Source: Lingula anatina (taxonomy: Eukaryota > Animalia > Brachiopoda). Taken from it: a stretch of DNA of 64,000 nucleotides. Position 1 is the first letter of the stretch, and the number at the start of each line of letters is the position of its first letter. The notes below the pieces were generated by a model. The model had not been told where the DNA came from. It was given only the letters and a program-made list of their open reading frames with translations, and did no database searches. Of this stretch, positions 24,265 to 37,300 are shown one piece after another. Made by a program: the position numbers and the translations under genes. The stretch lies in the NCBI GenBank assembly GCA_051362555.1, contig CM120641.1, positions 38,756,401 through 38,820,400 on the forward strand, given 5' to 3'.

Positions 24265-24684
24265 TAACACAAGAAATTTTATAGCCAGAACCCTGGAAAC
24301 ATGGTTATTCAAGCTGGGAAATTCTGTTGGAAAATATTTTTGATAATGAATGTAATTAATGATAATGGGACATTTTTTCACACCATTTTTGGCATAGTGC
24401 AACGCTATATATGTTAGTATACAAAACCCTCCTCAATACCTGCCACATAATGATAAAGATAGAAATGAAAAAAAAAATTTCAGTGGAAAGGTAAAAAGTT
24501 TATTTTGCGAGAACTAACATGATTACCAGCAATTTAAATAATGATTTCATTTCTAAGTGTATTTTATTTCAGAATTATATGCTTCTTTTATTTAGTTGCT
24601 TATAAATGTATTTATATTGTAGATGAGCAAAAATTGTTCATTAGATTGGTAGTTGAATCATAAATGAAAATTATCAAACACAAG

Positions 24685-25340
24685 TTGAAAAACTTTCAGA
24701 CCATTAGCTCATGGCCAACCTGGAAATAGGCCTTCATCACACTGATATGAGCAGATGTTGACACTCACTGACCACTAGGTGGTATGGCGGCCAGGGTGAC
24801 AGCTGATGTTGATAGCCTCTTGTATCTTTTGTGGGATGTCAGATGACTCGGATTCAAGGATATTGGTTGAATTCCAGTCAGAACTCTGGCCGGTGTCTAA
24901 TACATGTTCAGAAATGGCAGAGCTGGTATTGCCTACTATCATTGATTTTCTTCATTCACTAACCCTGGTCTGCAACAGTCTACCTGTCACACCAATGTAA
25001 AAAGAATTGCAGTCATGGCAGTTGATCCTATATATAGTCCCACAACACTGTTCTTGAGGGGTCTTGTCCTTTGGTGCTGCTTGGTGTTAACTGTTGAATC
25101 AATTTGCACTGATGTCTGAAAGCTGTGTTGACACTGAGCTTTTTGTAGATCCTGCACACTTTTTCTGAAATTTCTTTACAATAAGGGAGAATCACTAGCT
25201 GTTTTTTTTCTTCTGTCTGTTGGCTCACAGGTGGTCACTACTGTCCGGTACTGATGCGATTTTATCTTTAAAGCCCAAGGTGGGTAACCACAAATCATGA
25301 TAGCTTCATCCAGTGTCTTGTTCTCCAGTATCAGGGGCAG
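24685..25340 (-). mobile_element. Decayed Penelope-like retroelement (RT C-terminus plus GIY-YIG endonuclease)
   Basis: Minus-strand fragments with stops and frameshifts: LDEAIMICGYPPWAL, LVILPYCKEISEKVCRIYKKLSVNTAF, KDKTPQEQCCGTIY, INCHDCNSFYIGVTGRLLQTRVSE*, SAISEHVLDTG..DWNSTNILESE...IQEAINI. These match the Penelope-type ORF C-terminus. Confidence 0.85.
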
Positions 25341-26977
25341 ATCCAGAGATATTTTCTGATAGTCTTCCAAATTATTTTTGTTGATCCATCCTCCATTTTG
25401 ACCATCTTCTGACAGAAAAAAATTGATACCCGTCAATGTAAACTTGAAAATCTGACCATCTTCCAGAAGATTCGGAAGACGGCCCCAATTCGCCCCTTAG
25501 TATCTTGTCTTTTCCATTAATCACAGTTTGTGTTTGATAATTTTCATTTAATATATGAATTATATGGTAGTTTGGTTACATATAGAGTGAGAGATAAAAA
25601 AAAGAGTAGATCAGATGAGAGAAAGATATGGAATTAAAAAAACTTAAATAATGTCAGATATTTTTGCTTAAAAAAGATTGAAATTTAATGATTTCTATAT
25701 GTTTAATTCTTTCATTGAATTAAATGCAATTCACTGACATGAGGATTGCTGTTTGTATTAAATTATTTTGCCCAATGAAAGCATGGATTTAATAAGGACT
25801 TTGGACACATCATAATGGGATCAATGTTTTTCTCTTTCTTGTACAGTCATTGTTAACCTTTTTCCCACAAATAACATGCAAAAAATCATATAGCAGACAA
25901 TTACCAGATATTATCAAATAATGAAGTAAACCATCCTCTCAGTATCTGCAATAAGGCTTAACAAGTCCTGTGCCAATGAAACGCCATTGTGCAAAGGTTG
26001 CATCTCGAGTTCTGCATTTTCAGTCTATACGACCATAAGAGCACATAGCCATGACAGACAGTTGTGCTAGTCATATTACACTTCAATATCTTCCAAAAAT
26101 AAAAACTGCAGATGTACATGTAAGTAGGGTTTAAGAATAAAAATCACTTCGAATCTACTTAAGTAAATGAGAGTCGAAATTGGATTTTGTCCAGCCAGCA
26201 GATCTGATCCCCTGCTGGATACTTCCAGCCTGTTTAATGTATCGTGCTAAATTACATAATTCTTTTTTACTGGAAGTATTCAGCAGGAGAACAAGATTGA
26301 AGACCGAAGGTTTTTTTTTTTTTTTACAAAAATAAGGCTTAATAAACTTATTCCTGATACTCGGCTTAGACTACATTGCACACGTCCACTTACTTCATAT
26401 AAAATAACAGATAAGGCTATAGAACGAGTCGAGTGCACAAGCAAGCGACTTCAGTAAAATCAATTAACAAGTCTAGGGATTATGTGAACTGGGCAGCCTG
26501 CTGAGGCTGATAAGGGTAATTAACTATCGTTTAGCAGCTATAGTGGTGGGCGTCCTACAGACGTTTAGCCGCTTGGGCAGAAAGCAATTTAGCGAGGGAT
26601 CCTGTGGGGATGGACCGAGCCTGCTAGATCGATCTACGGATGGAAACAAAGTCCTAGCTTACTTCTCGTCTTGAAATCGAGACTAATTCACTGAAAACGA
26701 GACCATTTTCTGGATGCGGATTAATAGAATTAACTAATATTTGAACACAAAGGGCTCATGTTAATCATCATTTCCGTTATTTCTGGGAAATTTTGTGCTT
26801 ATGAACGTGTATTTGCGTGGTGATTTGGCATAAAGTATAAGTGAATTGCAAATTATTTGTAGAACTATTTTTCTCTGCGTTTGAGTAACAGGGTGTCATC
26901 AGCGAGAAGGCTTTATTTTCGGCCATATTGTTTAACAAGCAGTACAAACGTTTATTCGTTCGTGTTTAAAATTAAAA

Positions 26978-29900
26978 ATGGACAGGAAGGTGAAAGACGT
27001 GTTATTAAATTGGGATAAGTCGGTAAGTATGATAGAATATAAATGTTTAGATTCCATAACGCCAGAAACGAGAGTTGTCGATGTTATATATCACTGGCAC
27101 AGGTAACCCTACCACTGTCGCTGTCAGTGGCACTCTTCCCTTCCAGTACCCCTTATATAGTTCTTACTGCTATATTAGTATTCAGTATGTCGTTCAAGGT
27201 ATCCGCTGTCCATAATAAAATATTTATTTTTGAAAATAATTTAGTTGCAGTTTCTAACTGATAATTTAGTTATCTGTTCATTTTTTTAAAAGAATGCTGC
27301 ATGTTTATTTTCTAAGTATTCCTCACAACCAACTTCGTTACAGGTGTGAAGCTAATTTGCTCAAGATGTTACAAAATATCATCCTTTTTTAGGTAAAAAA
27401 ATTTGAGGAAATATTATTTCCCACATGGAAACCCAGGTTGCAAATGACAGTTTCACCGGGTCTCCCTAGTGCAACACAGCACAAAACACTTTGAAAAAAC
27501 GAGTCCAGTTACAAGTAAACACTGGAAACAGTCATTTCAAACAAAGTAGGCTGATATAAGAGCTAAATATATATTAGTAAATAATTAATAGCCTTGATAA
27601 AACTTAACAAATTGGCAGATTTTGTTGATCGTTGGGTCAGCCGCCATGTTGGTTAGTGGCTCTTCTTGGCCAATAATATTGTAAAGTAGAGGCAGCAGAT
27701 TCTGTCACACCTGTCAGTTGTTGGACTGGTGTGCTGCCCAGTTTCAAAGTGGATGCCCACTGTACAAAACGGACCGAGATCACTTATTAATAAGTAAAAT
27801 CTCAATCCTTAAAACAGATACAAGGTCACCAGGGAGTCAGTTGTGCTAAGTATTTAACAGTGCCAAAAAAGATAATTTAGTCTCCCTCTCCAATTTCATA
27901 AAATCATTGAAGAAAAGAAATGAAGTGGCTGCTCTGCTTGGTAACTCTTAGCATATTCCTTGAAAAATGTCAGTTTATGGTCTCATTGCTGTGAGCAGTG
28001 ACTTGGTAGTGGGACTAAACATGGCACATGGTCAAGAGTCACAATATTTATATCTGTGTAACTGCATTGTTTACCTATCTATTCCTTTATGTAATTGTAG
28101 TTCTCCTTTCCCTCCTTGTAAGTTTCAACTGCTCCATATTGTGCAACATCTGATTGTATCCATTTGGTTCTTGATTTTTGTTTATGGTAAATTTGTAAAT
28201 TAATCACACCAAGATGTGATATCTCACTGCCTAGCTCGAATATTTTATTAGTAATTTAACTAGTACATCTGTTTATTATATAAAGATATGTAATTGTTCA
28301 TTCACAAACTGGCAACACTATTACCAATTAGAGAATGGTAATGCACCAATTTTACTGTTGTTATTATATTATATTGTACAAGGTCATGATAATTTATGAA
28401 CCAGTACAGAAATGAATTGAATATAAAAAATAATTTTATGAAGAAGAAATATTTCAAGGGATTTTAGGTGTTTCAACTAAAATACATGAATTGTAGCAAC
28501 GAGTTAACTGGCTTTTCAGCAATTAGTACAATTTTCTAACCTGAGAAACACTGTTGTTTTTTTTAACTACTTTTGGGTGACAATAATTAGTCTTAATGTA
28601 AGTTTTTTTTTTTTTGACAATTTGGCTGATCTGGATTAAGCTGTAGGATACTCTCAATGCCTTTAAACTAAGCTGGGTCTGTAAATAATTTATTGGGAAA
28701 TTTGTGGAAATTCTGAAACAAGACTGACAGTTTTAAAAATTTTTGCTTGTAGGTCCCCGAAGAAATGATGGAGGAATATAAGGTTGAGTACAAATTTGAT
28801 GGGGTCACACCTCAGCCTTTTGATGCCCGCTTCACCACATGGAACCAAATGAGGTATGAAGTAAGATTTTTTATTATGTACAGACACAGATGTGTCTGTA
28901 CATATTGCCATCACCTGCGTCTGTCGTCGCCGTCGCCGTCGCCATGCACTTTCAGCGTTAACACCATAAGTGGAAGACAGTTTTACTTTTTGGCTTTATA
29001 TTTACAGAGCTGACTAACATTCATAAAACGCAGGTCAAGTTCGAATATCAGCATGATCGGGCCATTATTGTAGAATTTATGCTGTTTTTTCACTATTTAG
29101 CATATATGCAACACTGTTAACACATTTCAAGGAAAACCGATAGGCCTGTTGTCATGAAACTCACAGGAGTAATCAATCTTACTAAAAGGCAGATCAAGTT
29201 CGAAAATCGGCATGATCGGGCCACTATTTTAGTAGTTATGCTGTTTTTTTTTCACTTTTCAGTATATGTGCAACACTGTTAACACATTTCAAGGAAAACC
29301 GATAGACCTGTTGTCATGAAACTCACAGGAGTAATTAATCTTACTAAAACGCAGGTCAAGTTCGAAAATCAGCATAATCAGGCCATTATTTTATACGTTA
29401 TGCTGTTTTTTCACATTTCCTCAGATTCAATTCTTAGGCATGTTAACAGTCTCATTATTTAACTAATAAGATTCGTAAAAGTGTTTGTTTGACATTTCCT
29501 GCATCTTTACAACATTGTTAGTTGATTATGTAAAAATGATGGTAAACTTGTTATCATGTATTGTATAATAGAGTTTCAAAAATGGAAATAAACTCATATC
29601 ATTGCAGTTTGTCAGATTCATTCATTCACTATGTTTAGAAACTCAGAATGGAGGAAATTGGACATTAAACACTGTTCTATTGATATTTTTCCCATCTCAT
29701 CAATTTTCTTAGTTGATCGTATATAAATGGCAGTAAATTGTTAATTTTGTTATATGTTAAAAAATTGTTCAAAATGGAAAAAAACACATTTCAGGACAGT
29801 GCTGTCTTGTCTACATTTTGGCATTTTCAAGGTGTGACTTTGAAGTTCCTTGGGCCTGAAGACCTTTGCTAGGAACATTTTCTGAATATCCATGATGCTA

Positions 29901-32108
29901 ATATTTTATTATTAAAAATTGATGGTAATTATCCTGTTAAACATTATGTAATATTGCATCAAAATTTGAAGACACCCCTATTTTGGACACTGCTCCCATG
30001 ATGACCATTTAAGGAAAACCATGTCACTTACTGTTCTCAAACTTACAGGAAGAAACATGGGACTTAAATAAAGCTTCAGTGGGCAATGCAGTCTATTTTG
30101 GTAAATTTTTTTGGCAGTTAATCAGTTTTTTGTGAAAATTTAATTTTTCACATATTGGCATTTTCAAGGTGTGACGTAAGAACCTCCACGAGCTTGAAGA
30201 CCCATGCTAATCACATTTTCTGAAAATCCATGATATGGATCTTTTATTATTAAAAACTGATGGTCATTATGCTGTTAAGCATTATGTAATATTGCATTAA
30301 AATAGAAGAAAACACAATTTTGGGTGCTGCTGCCATGATGACCATTATGGGAAAACCATGTTACTTATGATTGTCAAACTTTCAAAAAAGAAACAAAGGA
30401 CTAAAATGCAGCCTGAGTTGGAAAAGCAGTCTAATTGGCTTCTTTTTCTGGAAGTTATACATTTTAGTGAAATATTCATTTTTATCATGTTGGCATATTC
30501 ATTAGGGGACTCGAAGCTCCCATGGACATGAAGCCAAATGGTAATCAAATTTTTTACATGTCCATGCTATTTATAGTCAATAATCAAAAATTGGTGATAA
30601 CTATTCTGTAATTTATTATGTAATGTTACATCAATATTGACAAAAATCTTTTTGCACTGCTACTACAAACATTATGAAAAGAAAACTGTGTTACTTATTA
30701 TTATTTTCAACTTACAAGTATGATTTGTAGGATTGGCATGCAGTTCAAATAAGAAAGCCAGCTCAATTGGGTTATCATTTATTATTGAATTTAAGCAGTT
30801 TTATGTGAAATTTTCATTTTTCTCATTCTGGCATTTTCAAAGTGTGAACTTAAACTCCCATGGGCCTGAAGCCTTACGCTTGTTACACATTTCACTTACA
30901 TTGGTATTACCTGTTGAGCATAATTAAAATTTGATGTTGAATTTGCAGTTAAGCATAATTTATTTTTGCATCAGAATTGACAGTAGCCCGTTTTGTGCAT
31001 TGTTATTGTCTGCTTTTTGTCTGTACATTTGACAGCTTTGCTGCCTTGTTTTGAATAAGCACAAATGTTAAAGAATTGATATTTAAATCTACTCTTCTAG
31101 TTCTGTGTATCAGCTGGAAATTGTGTATTTTACTGTTTGTGAAATCATTGAACTTTTAATAAGGAAAAATTGCATTTCCTTAAAAGCTAGGTGAATGAAC
31201 AAGGTGAATGATACGCATTGTCATAAATATACACAGTAAGTGGATTAAAAAAATTTTTTTTTTTGCAGGTTGTGCTGGCAAAATTTTGCTGATTATCAGA
31301 GATGTATCAAACTTAAAGGAAAGACGTACGAGCCTTGTAAATGGTTCAGTAATAGATATCTATCTTTCTGCCCTGCTAAAAAGGTGAACTCTTTAACAGG
31401 CCTACCCAACTACCAGACTCTGCACCGAATGATCCTGAATTCACCGGTAGATCAGACCACACTACCTGTTTTCAAGGTGTGCGTCAGTGCACGCTTCTAA
31501 GTATCAGACACAACACCACTCTTGCCTAGTACGTGATGTGATAGTGATGATTCTCAGAGGGGTTGGAAAGTATTGCATCACCACAAAACTTGTTTGGGGT
31601 ATGATGTGAAATGTGTACTGACTCACACCTTGAAAACGGGTAGTGTGTTCTGATCTAACGGTGAATTCTGGATCATTCAGTGTAGTGCTGAGTCTGGTAG
31701 TTGGGTAGGCCCATTTATGCAATAGTAGAATTTGTAACAGTTTATCAACGAATCATTTTATATGAATAAGCACGCAGCATGATAAAGTTCACATTAGCTA
31801 ATGTTAAAGTTAAGTTTGATGTTTTGGTACAAGTGACATTAAGAGTACCCAATGCAGTTATGTCTGTAATGCTTCCATTAAAGCCTGTACCTGTTATTTT
31901 ATTCCATACAACAGTTAGTGTTTTTAAACACTGACAGAAAAGTTGTCTTTTTCATATTTTGACCTGAAATATTCACCTTTCACTAAATGTCGTTTTATTT
32001 TCCTAGAGGAACAAACTGCATTTTTTGGTAGAAGAAGATGCCTTTGCCTCTGGTAAGCGTCCACCTCCTATGCTTCTTGAAGGTGATGATGGTCATGATG
32101 AACACTGA
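26978..32108 (+). CDS. COX6B1: Cytochrome c oxidase subunit 6B (120 aa, divergent termini)
   Basis: Exons 26978-27022, 28753-28853, 31269-31383, 32007-32108, all phase-consistent: MDRKVKDVLLNWDKSVPEEMMEEYKVEYKFDGVTPQPFDARFTTWNQMRLCWQNFADYQRCIKLKGKTYEPCKWFSNRYLSFCPAKKRNKLHFLVEEDAFASGKRPPPMLLEGDDGHDEH*. PFDARF..NQ.R.CWQN..DY.RC and four cysteines are COX6B hallmarks. The first and last exons are less certain. Confidence 0.88.
28874..31052 (+). mobile_element. HINE copy E (more diverged, extra internal segment ~30466-30830)
   Basis: Family head ~20 nt after the COX6B exon 2 donor; 3' end TGTCTGTACATTTGACAGCTTTGCTGCCTTGTTTT. Confidence 0.8.
31399..31711. mobile_element. Foldback MITE with ~95-100-bp imperfect TIRs
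   Basis: GGCCTACCCAACTACCAGACTC..GAATTCACCG.TAGATCAGA.CACACTACC.GTTTTCAAGGTGTG is mirrored by CACACCTTGAAAAC.GGTAGTGTG.TCTGATCTA.CGGTGAATTC..GAGTCTGGTAGTTGGGTAGGCC. Confidence 0.85.
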
Positions 32109-32911
32109 AAAGTCTGAGGAAGAAAATATGCTGCCAAGCAACATGATAAAAAGAGTTCTTTTAAGAACATATGTTACAGTGTTGTTGGCATTTCTGATTG
32201 TAAATGTCTCATTACGCACACCATTTGATGACTGTAAAGCAGGCGCACACAAAATTGGAATCTGTAAAGGACATTTGTGCAGCAAGTTAGAAGTTATTCG
32301 TGTTTGCATCAGTTGATTGAAAGCAACGTACTTTTAGTATGGTACAATTTTTGCCAATTCTTTTCTGAGTTACTTTGGTTACTGGTCGGTTTTAAATAAA
32401 TAAAATTTGGAATGGAAATTGTTTTGTGTTAGTAATTTTAAATTAAAATATTAAAACAACTTTCCTTTCAAGTAAGGTGTATTAAAGCTGTCCCTTTTTT
32501 CTGACATTAAAAGGTGAGTTTTTTTCCTGGGTTATAAAACACTTGTGTAAGAACGGTGTTGTTTTTACTCGCCCTGTTCAAAGGTTGTGCTTATTTGTTG
32601 CCAAAGGCCAACAAGAGCAATCCCTGTGGTACTTTGATTAAAGTTAGAAAAATTACTGCATATTTGCAAATGATTTTGCAATAATTTTAACCATAATTAC
32701 TAGTTCTATTAGACAAAAGGTCTGGGAGTTACTTTTCGAATTTACGAAAATGGTTCATGGGCCAAATGTACACCACATGATAAAAACGTCCCGATTAGAT
32801 TGGTTTTCTTTAAATTTGTAGAAATTTCTTACATTTTTCAGAATTTCCTGAAAAGCTGTATTTTCAATCTCAGGGCTTTGGATGGTAAAGAACAAATTAA
32901 TGATATATGAC

Positions 32912-33400
32912 AGCAGCCCTTGTTACATCTCGACTAGACTACTGTAATTCACTTCTTTATGGATGTCCAAAAGAAAAAATCTGCAACATATTCAAAATCT
33001 CTCTGCTCTAGTTCTTACTTGCACAGTTGGTGACAGCCACATTACCCCCATTCTCACACAACTTCATTCTTTTTCAACTTTTAGTATTTGCACATGCTGC
33101 TTTTTACAACTTGGGCCCCACCATATTTATAGGATCTTGTATCAATTTACCCTCCGTCTCCCCCTCCCATGCAAGCTACGCTCTTCTGACCATTTACTTT
33201 TTTACGCCAAGAAAGGCTTGACTTGTCACATATATTTGATTATTTTTCTTGAAGTTACGCAATTTGTGTGTGTGAAATTTTCACTATTCATACTTGATTC
33301 TTCATATCTGGCCTTCATCATTTGGGATCACAACTGCATTCCCAACCTTTAAGCTTTTTCTCTAAATTCATTACACAACGTGGCCCAGTGTTTTGTGTCA
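32912..33400 (+). mobile_element. Decayed L2/CR1-group LINE ORF2 3' fragment
   Basis: Translates ALVTSRLDYCNSLLYGCP, then after a frameshift LQHIQNLSALVLT..SHITPILTQLH and later LRSS. This is the typical L2 post-RT motif series. Confidence 0.8.
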
Positions 33401-34387
33401 CTGCTTTATGACATGCATAATGCAGGTGCTCTGAGTGTCATGGCTACTGGGAAGGTTAAAAAAACTAAAATATGAATACTTCAGATTAACTTTTATTTTA
33501 AGAATTTAATCACTGTATTGGGGAAATAACAGAAGCTTCACAAGAAAAAAATATGACAGGGGAATTTTCAAATGCCTACAGATTACGCGAGTACTGTTCA
33601 ATTAGTTGTTCTTTGTTTAAGACTATTATGATGCCATGGCTTGTTCATAAACTTGGATTTTAAAAAATTGTTACAGTAGTCTTAAACCAAGGTTTAATAT
33701 CTTAAATTTTTATTCAAAATTGATTTTAAAGATGAAAATGCATTCAGGAAGTTACATAAGTATAAGAACAATACCTAAATTTACTAATTAAAGACTTCTA
33801 GAAAATATCTAATAATTTTGGTTAACAAGAAATGACAACAACCCATAAAAATATAAATTAGGCCATGAAAATATGCTTAAATTGAAGGACGAAGTCAGTT
33901 TCCTACTTTAGTGCCAACAATATTTCACTCTTAAGAAGCACTCTTGCATTTATAAAATTTTACAGCAAATATTGCTCTCACCATGTCTGAGGTTTACTAG
34001 ATATGCAAGATCCATATAAAATTGAGTCAAAAGATAAATACTGCAAGTATTTCAGAGCCCTAAAATTATATATCACTTAATCCAAAATTCTTTAATAAAG
34101 ATTTGTTTGGTAGCTTTGACAATTCATCAGGGTACTTGCATCAAATGTAAACAACTAAAAAACAGAACATGGAGATTCAATCCATTTGATTTAACTTGTA
34201 TTTTTACATAAATACTCTCAGCACCTTTGCCTAGTATTGTATCAAACTAAAAACATAAATCCTTTATTATTAAGTGGAATATTACATTCCAAGTAGTTGA
34301 TAAGAGTTAATATTTTAAAATTTAAAACAGTAGAACAAATATCCAACATCTCTATTGGCTTTTAGGGCTTCTTCACAACAAACTCAA

Positions 34388-37300
34388 TCATTTCTTCTTG
34401 TTTCTGTTGGATACACTAGTGGTGGGTCGCAGAGCTGAAATGAGAATTGAAATTGTCATTTGAATTAACTTCAATATGCACAGTAAACTCACCAAAGGCA
34501 GAGGATTTTCCTTTTAAATCATTACTTTTAGTGCATTTTTGACCATCATGAGATGAATCGCCACAGATATATGAGTTTTGTATAGGACATCACTAAACTT
34601 GAACCATATTTCAAAATACATGTAAAACTATCATATTTATAATAACCTTTTTCTTAACATTTCTCAGTGTTGCAAATTATACAGTAAATGTGAACAGCTT
34701 TTGGTTTACACAAAAACATTTTTCATTCTTTTGTAAACAATATCTAAATGGACTGTCATGAAAGTATAGAAATTTAATATATAATTTTTAAAGGACAAAC
34801 TGCCAACTTATGTTTTGCATTCAATCAAAGTCCTTGTAGGATGTAGTGACAGACCTTGGTTGACTGTTTTTTGTGATGTGGCCTCTTTCGGATTATTAAA
34901 ATGGCTGACTACTGTCATGTCATTGGTCAACTGAATATCTTGATCAGCAGCTTGCTTCCTGTAAGGGAAAATAAGAGACAAACTGTGCATAAGGGATGCT
35001 CACTTAATGAATCCATGCTGTTTGATCAAGCCTTTGATATTTCCCCCCTAAGGTCTGCTATGATATTCACCTTATTTGTTTTTCCTGTTTTTGGTTGCCC
35101 TCAACAAAATTCATCTTCTGACTTTCAACAAACTTTTTGTATTTTTAATCTAGTGAAGCCTAAACGTACTGATCAGAATATGACAAGTTTAAGTTACATA
35201 GTGGTTATAATAAGTTTGAAGCAAAAAATCAAAAACATAATATGGAAAATAAGTGAATACAAAGAAAATAAACAAAAACCTAAACCTCCAGTCACTAGGA
35301 CAGAAGCAGGCGATGACAATACTATGCACAGACATCTTACTGTGTCTGCAGACAAACATTATTGAAAATCAAACTCAACAATGATCATCAATGAAAAACT
35401 TAACTCTGATAAGATATGAAATTTGATAAGATAATTCTATAATACATATTGAAAAATGTAGCCACTGTTACAGTAACAGTAAAATTCACTCTAAAAGAGA
35501 GTGTTTTGTATTCACTACTACATGTGGTAAGCGAAAAACAATGCGTATAAAATGCAAGAAGAAAATACACATACTCTTGAAAGGCAGTGGAATATAAATA
35601 TGCCAGTAATACAAAATATCCATGACAAGCATCACCAACTAATTATCACCAACCAAAAACCAGACATGTCCAAAGGGCTTACTTGATCACAGTATGCCTT
35701 TCTCTCTGAGCTATGTGTTTGTCATCTGTAAAGAGGATGGTGTGGTAAGGCTGAGGGAGGTCACAGGTCGGCAGGATACCTCGGGCAACACTCTGGACGG
35801 GACCAATCTGTCCATTATATACTAGCAAGTCATCCACCAACAGCTGCAATGGAATCGCAGAGTTGTATGACCATTTTTGTTGAGTTTAAAAGAAAGTTGA
35901 TGAAATAAAATCATTGCTACAAATGAATTTATCTACAGTAATAGACAGAAAACAACTTCCTTTTCATTACTGGATGTAAAAATGTTAAGTGTGCATTAAA
36001 ATCACCATAACATCTCCGACATATAAAGGTAAAAATGCAATGGGTACCTTAACATTTTGTTTGAACCAAAAGAGTACAAGTCTATCAATAAAAACACTTA
36101 CTGCAAAGTCTTTCACTCCTCTAGTAGGAGTTTTACTGTAATTCCACAGTTTGATCATAGAAATTGTCCGAGGTTCATCAAATATCACAAATATGCGGTT
36201 CATCTGAAACATAAATTTCAACACAATTGCTAACACAATTGCCTTTTCATCAATTTGTTATCAACCAATAACACAAGTTGTTTAAAGTACAGCTTGCCTC
36301 TTGTTTATCTCAAAGTCAATCAACAGTTATCATAATGACTATAATAGTAAATAGAAGAAATTTCTGTACTGGATCTATTATAAACTTTACTGAAAATGTT
36401 AACAGGAAATGTTAAGAAAAAAAACTACCAAGCTAGGAAGTATAGGTGCCAGCCACATGTGTCTTCCATCTGTAGTGTCATTAACACCGTCAATTAGTTT
36501 GTCTGGAGTTCTCACGTCATTTGAAACTCCATCAAGTACATTAATACTATCAGGATAAGCAGCAATATCTGCAAAACAGGAGTTTTTTAGCAGTAATCAT
36601 ATTTCTTGTCTGGTGTTTCTTGCTAACATGGGCTTTTATGGAATGCAGTTTTACCTTCTCCATTATATTTATTGTGTGACTTATGCGCCAGCCTGTACAG
36701 GCAAAAAATGCACACACACACACACACACACACGTGTGCGCATGCTTGAATATGACAGCTTGCTACAATACATCACATTAAACTACAATATAATAACTAC
36801 ATAATTAAGATAAGTACATCTTGTAACATCCCTTTAAGAAGTAAATAAATGAAATAATATATGTAATAATTGTGACTGGGTGCCCTTCAGTTGAGAAAAG
36901 CTTTTCTTTTATCAGAAGCTTCTTGTATTAATAAGGCCAGTGCAGTAATAGTGGGCTCCCTTTTTACAGATTATAATTTTTTCTTTATTGCAACCAATGT
37001 GGGTTGATTTGCCCACAATAAGGCATAGCTTATAAAGTAATATAAAAATGTAGTTCTATACCATTTTTTACAATGGATTTATGTACAATAAACAAAACTC
37101 ACTTAGATTTTAAAAAATAAGAAAACATACATGTAGTTTTTATTTTGACTTACTGTTCTCCACAAGGTCAATCTTGTTTCCAGCAGCATCATAAAATTCC
37201 AGGCCATTCAGGCCTACATAATAGGGGTCTCCCCAAGTAGACAAGAAATGGAGTTGGTAGATAACTGAATAGGTTAAAGATACATCCCTTGTCATCTTAT

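Noticed and set aside
27585-27651. Minus-strand CAACATGGCGGC opening MAADPTINKICQFVKFYQGY* in COX6B intron 1
   Set aside because: Short ORF with no downstream exons found; better explained as a YY1-like motif or TE remnant.
34901-35365. 154-aa plus-strand ORF
   Set aside because: Antisense to a KATNIP exon and running into an old repeat remnant, with no recognisable domain.
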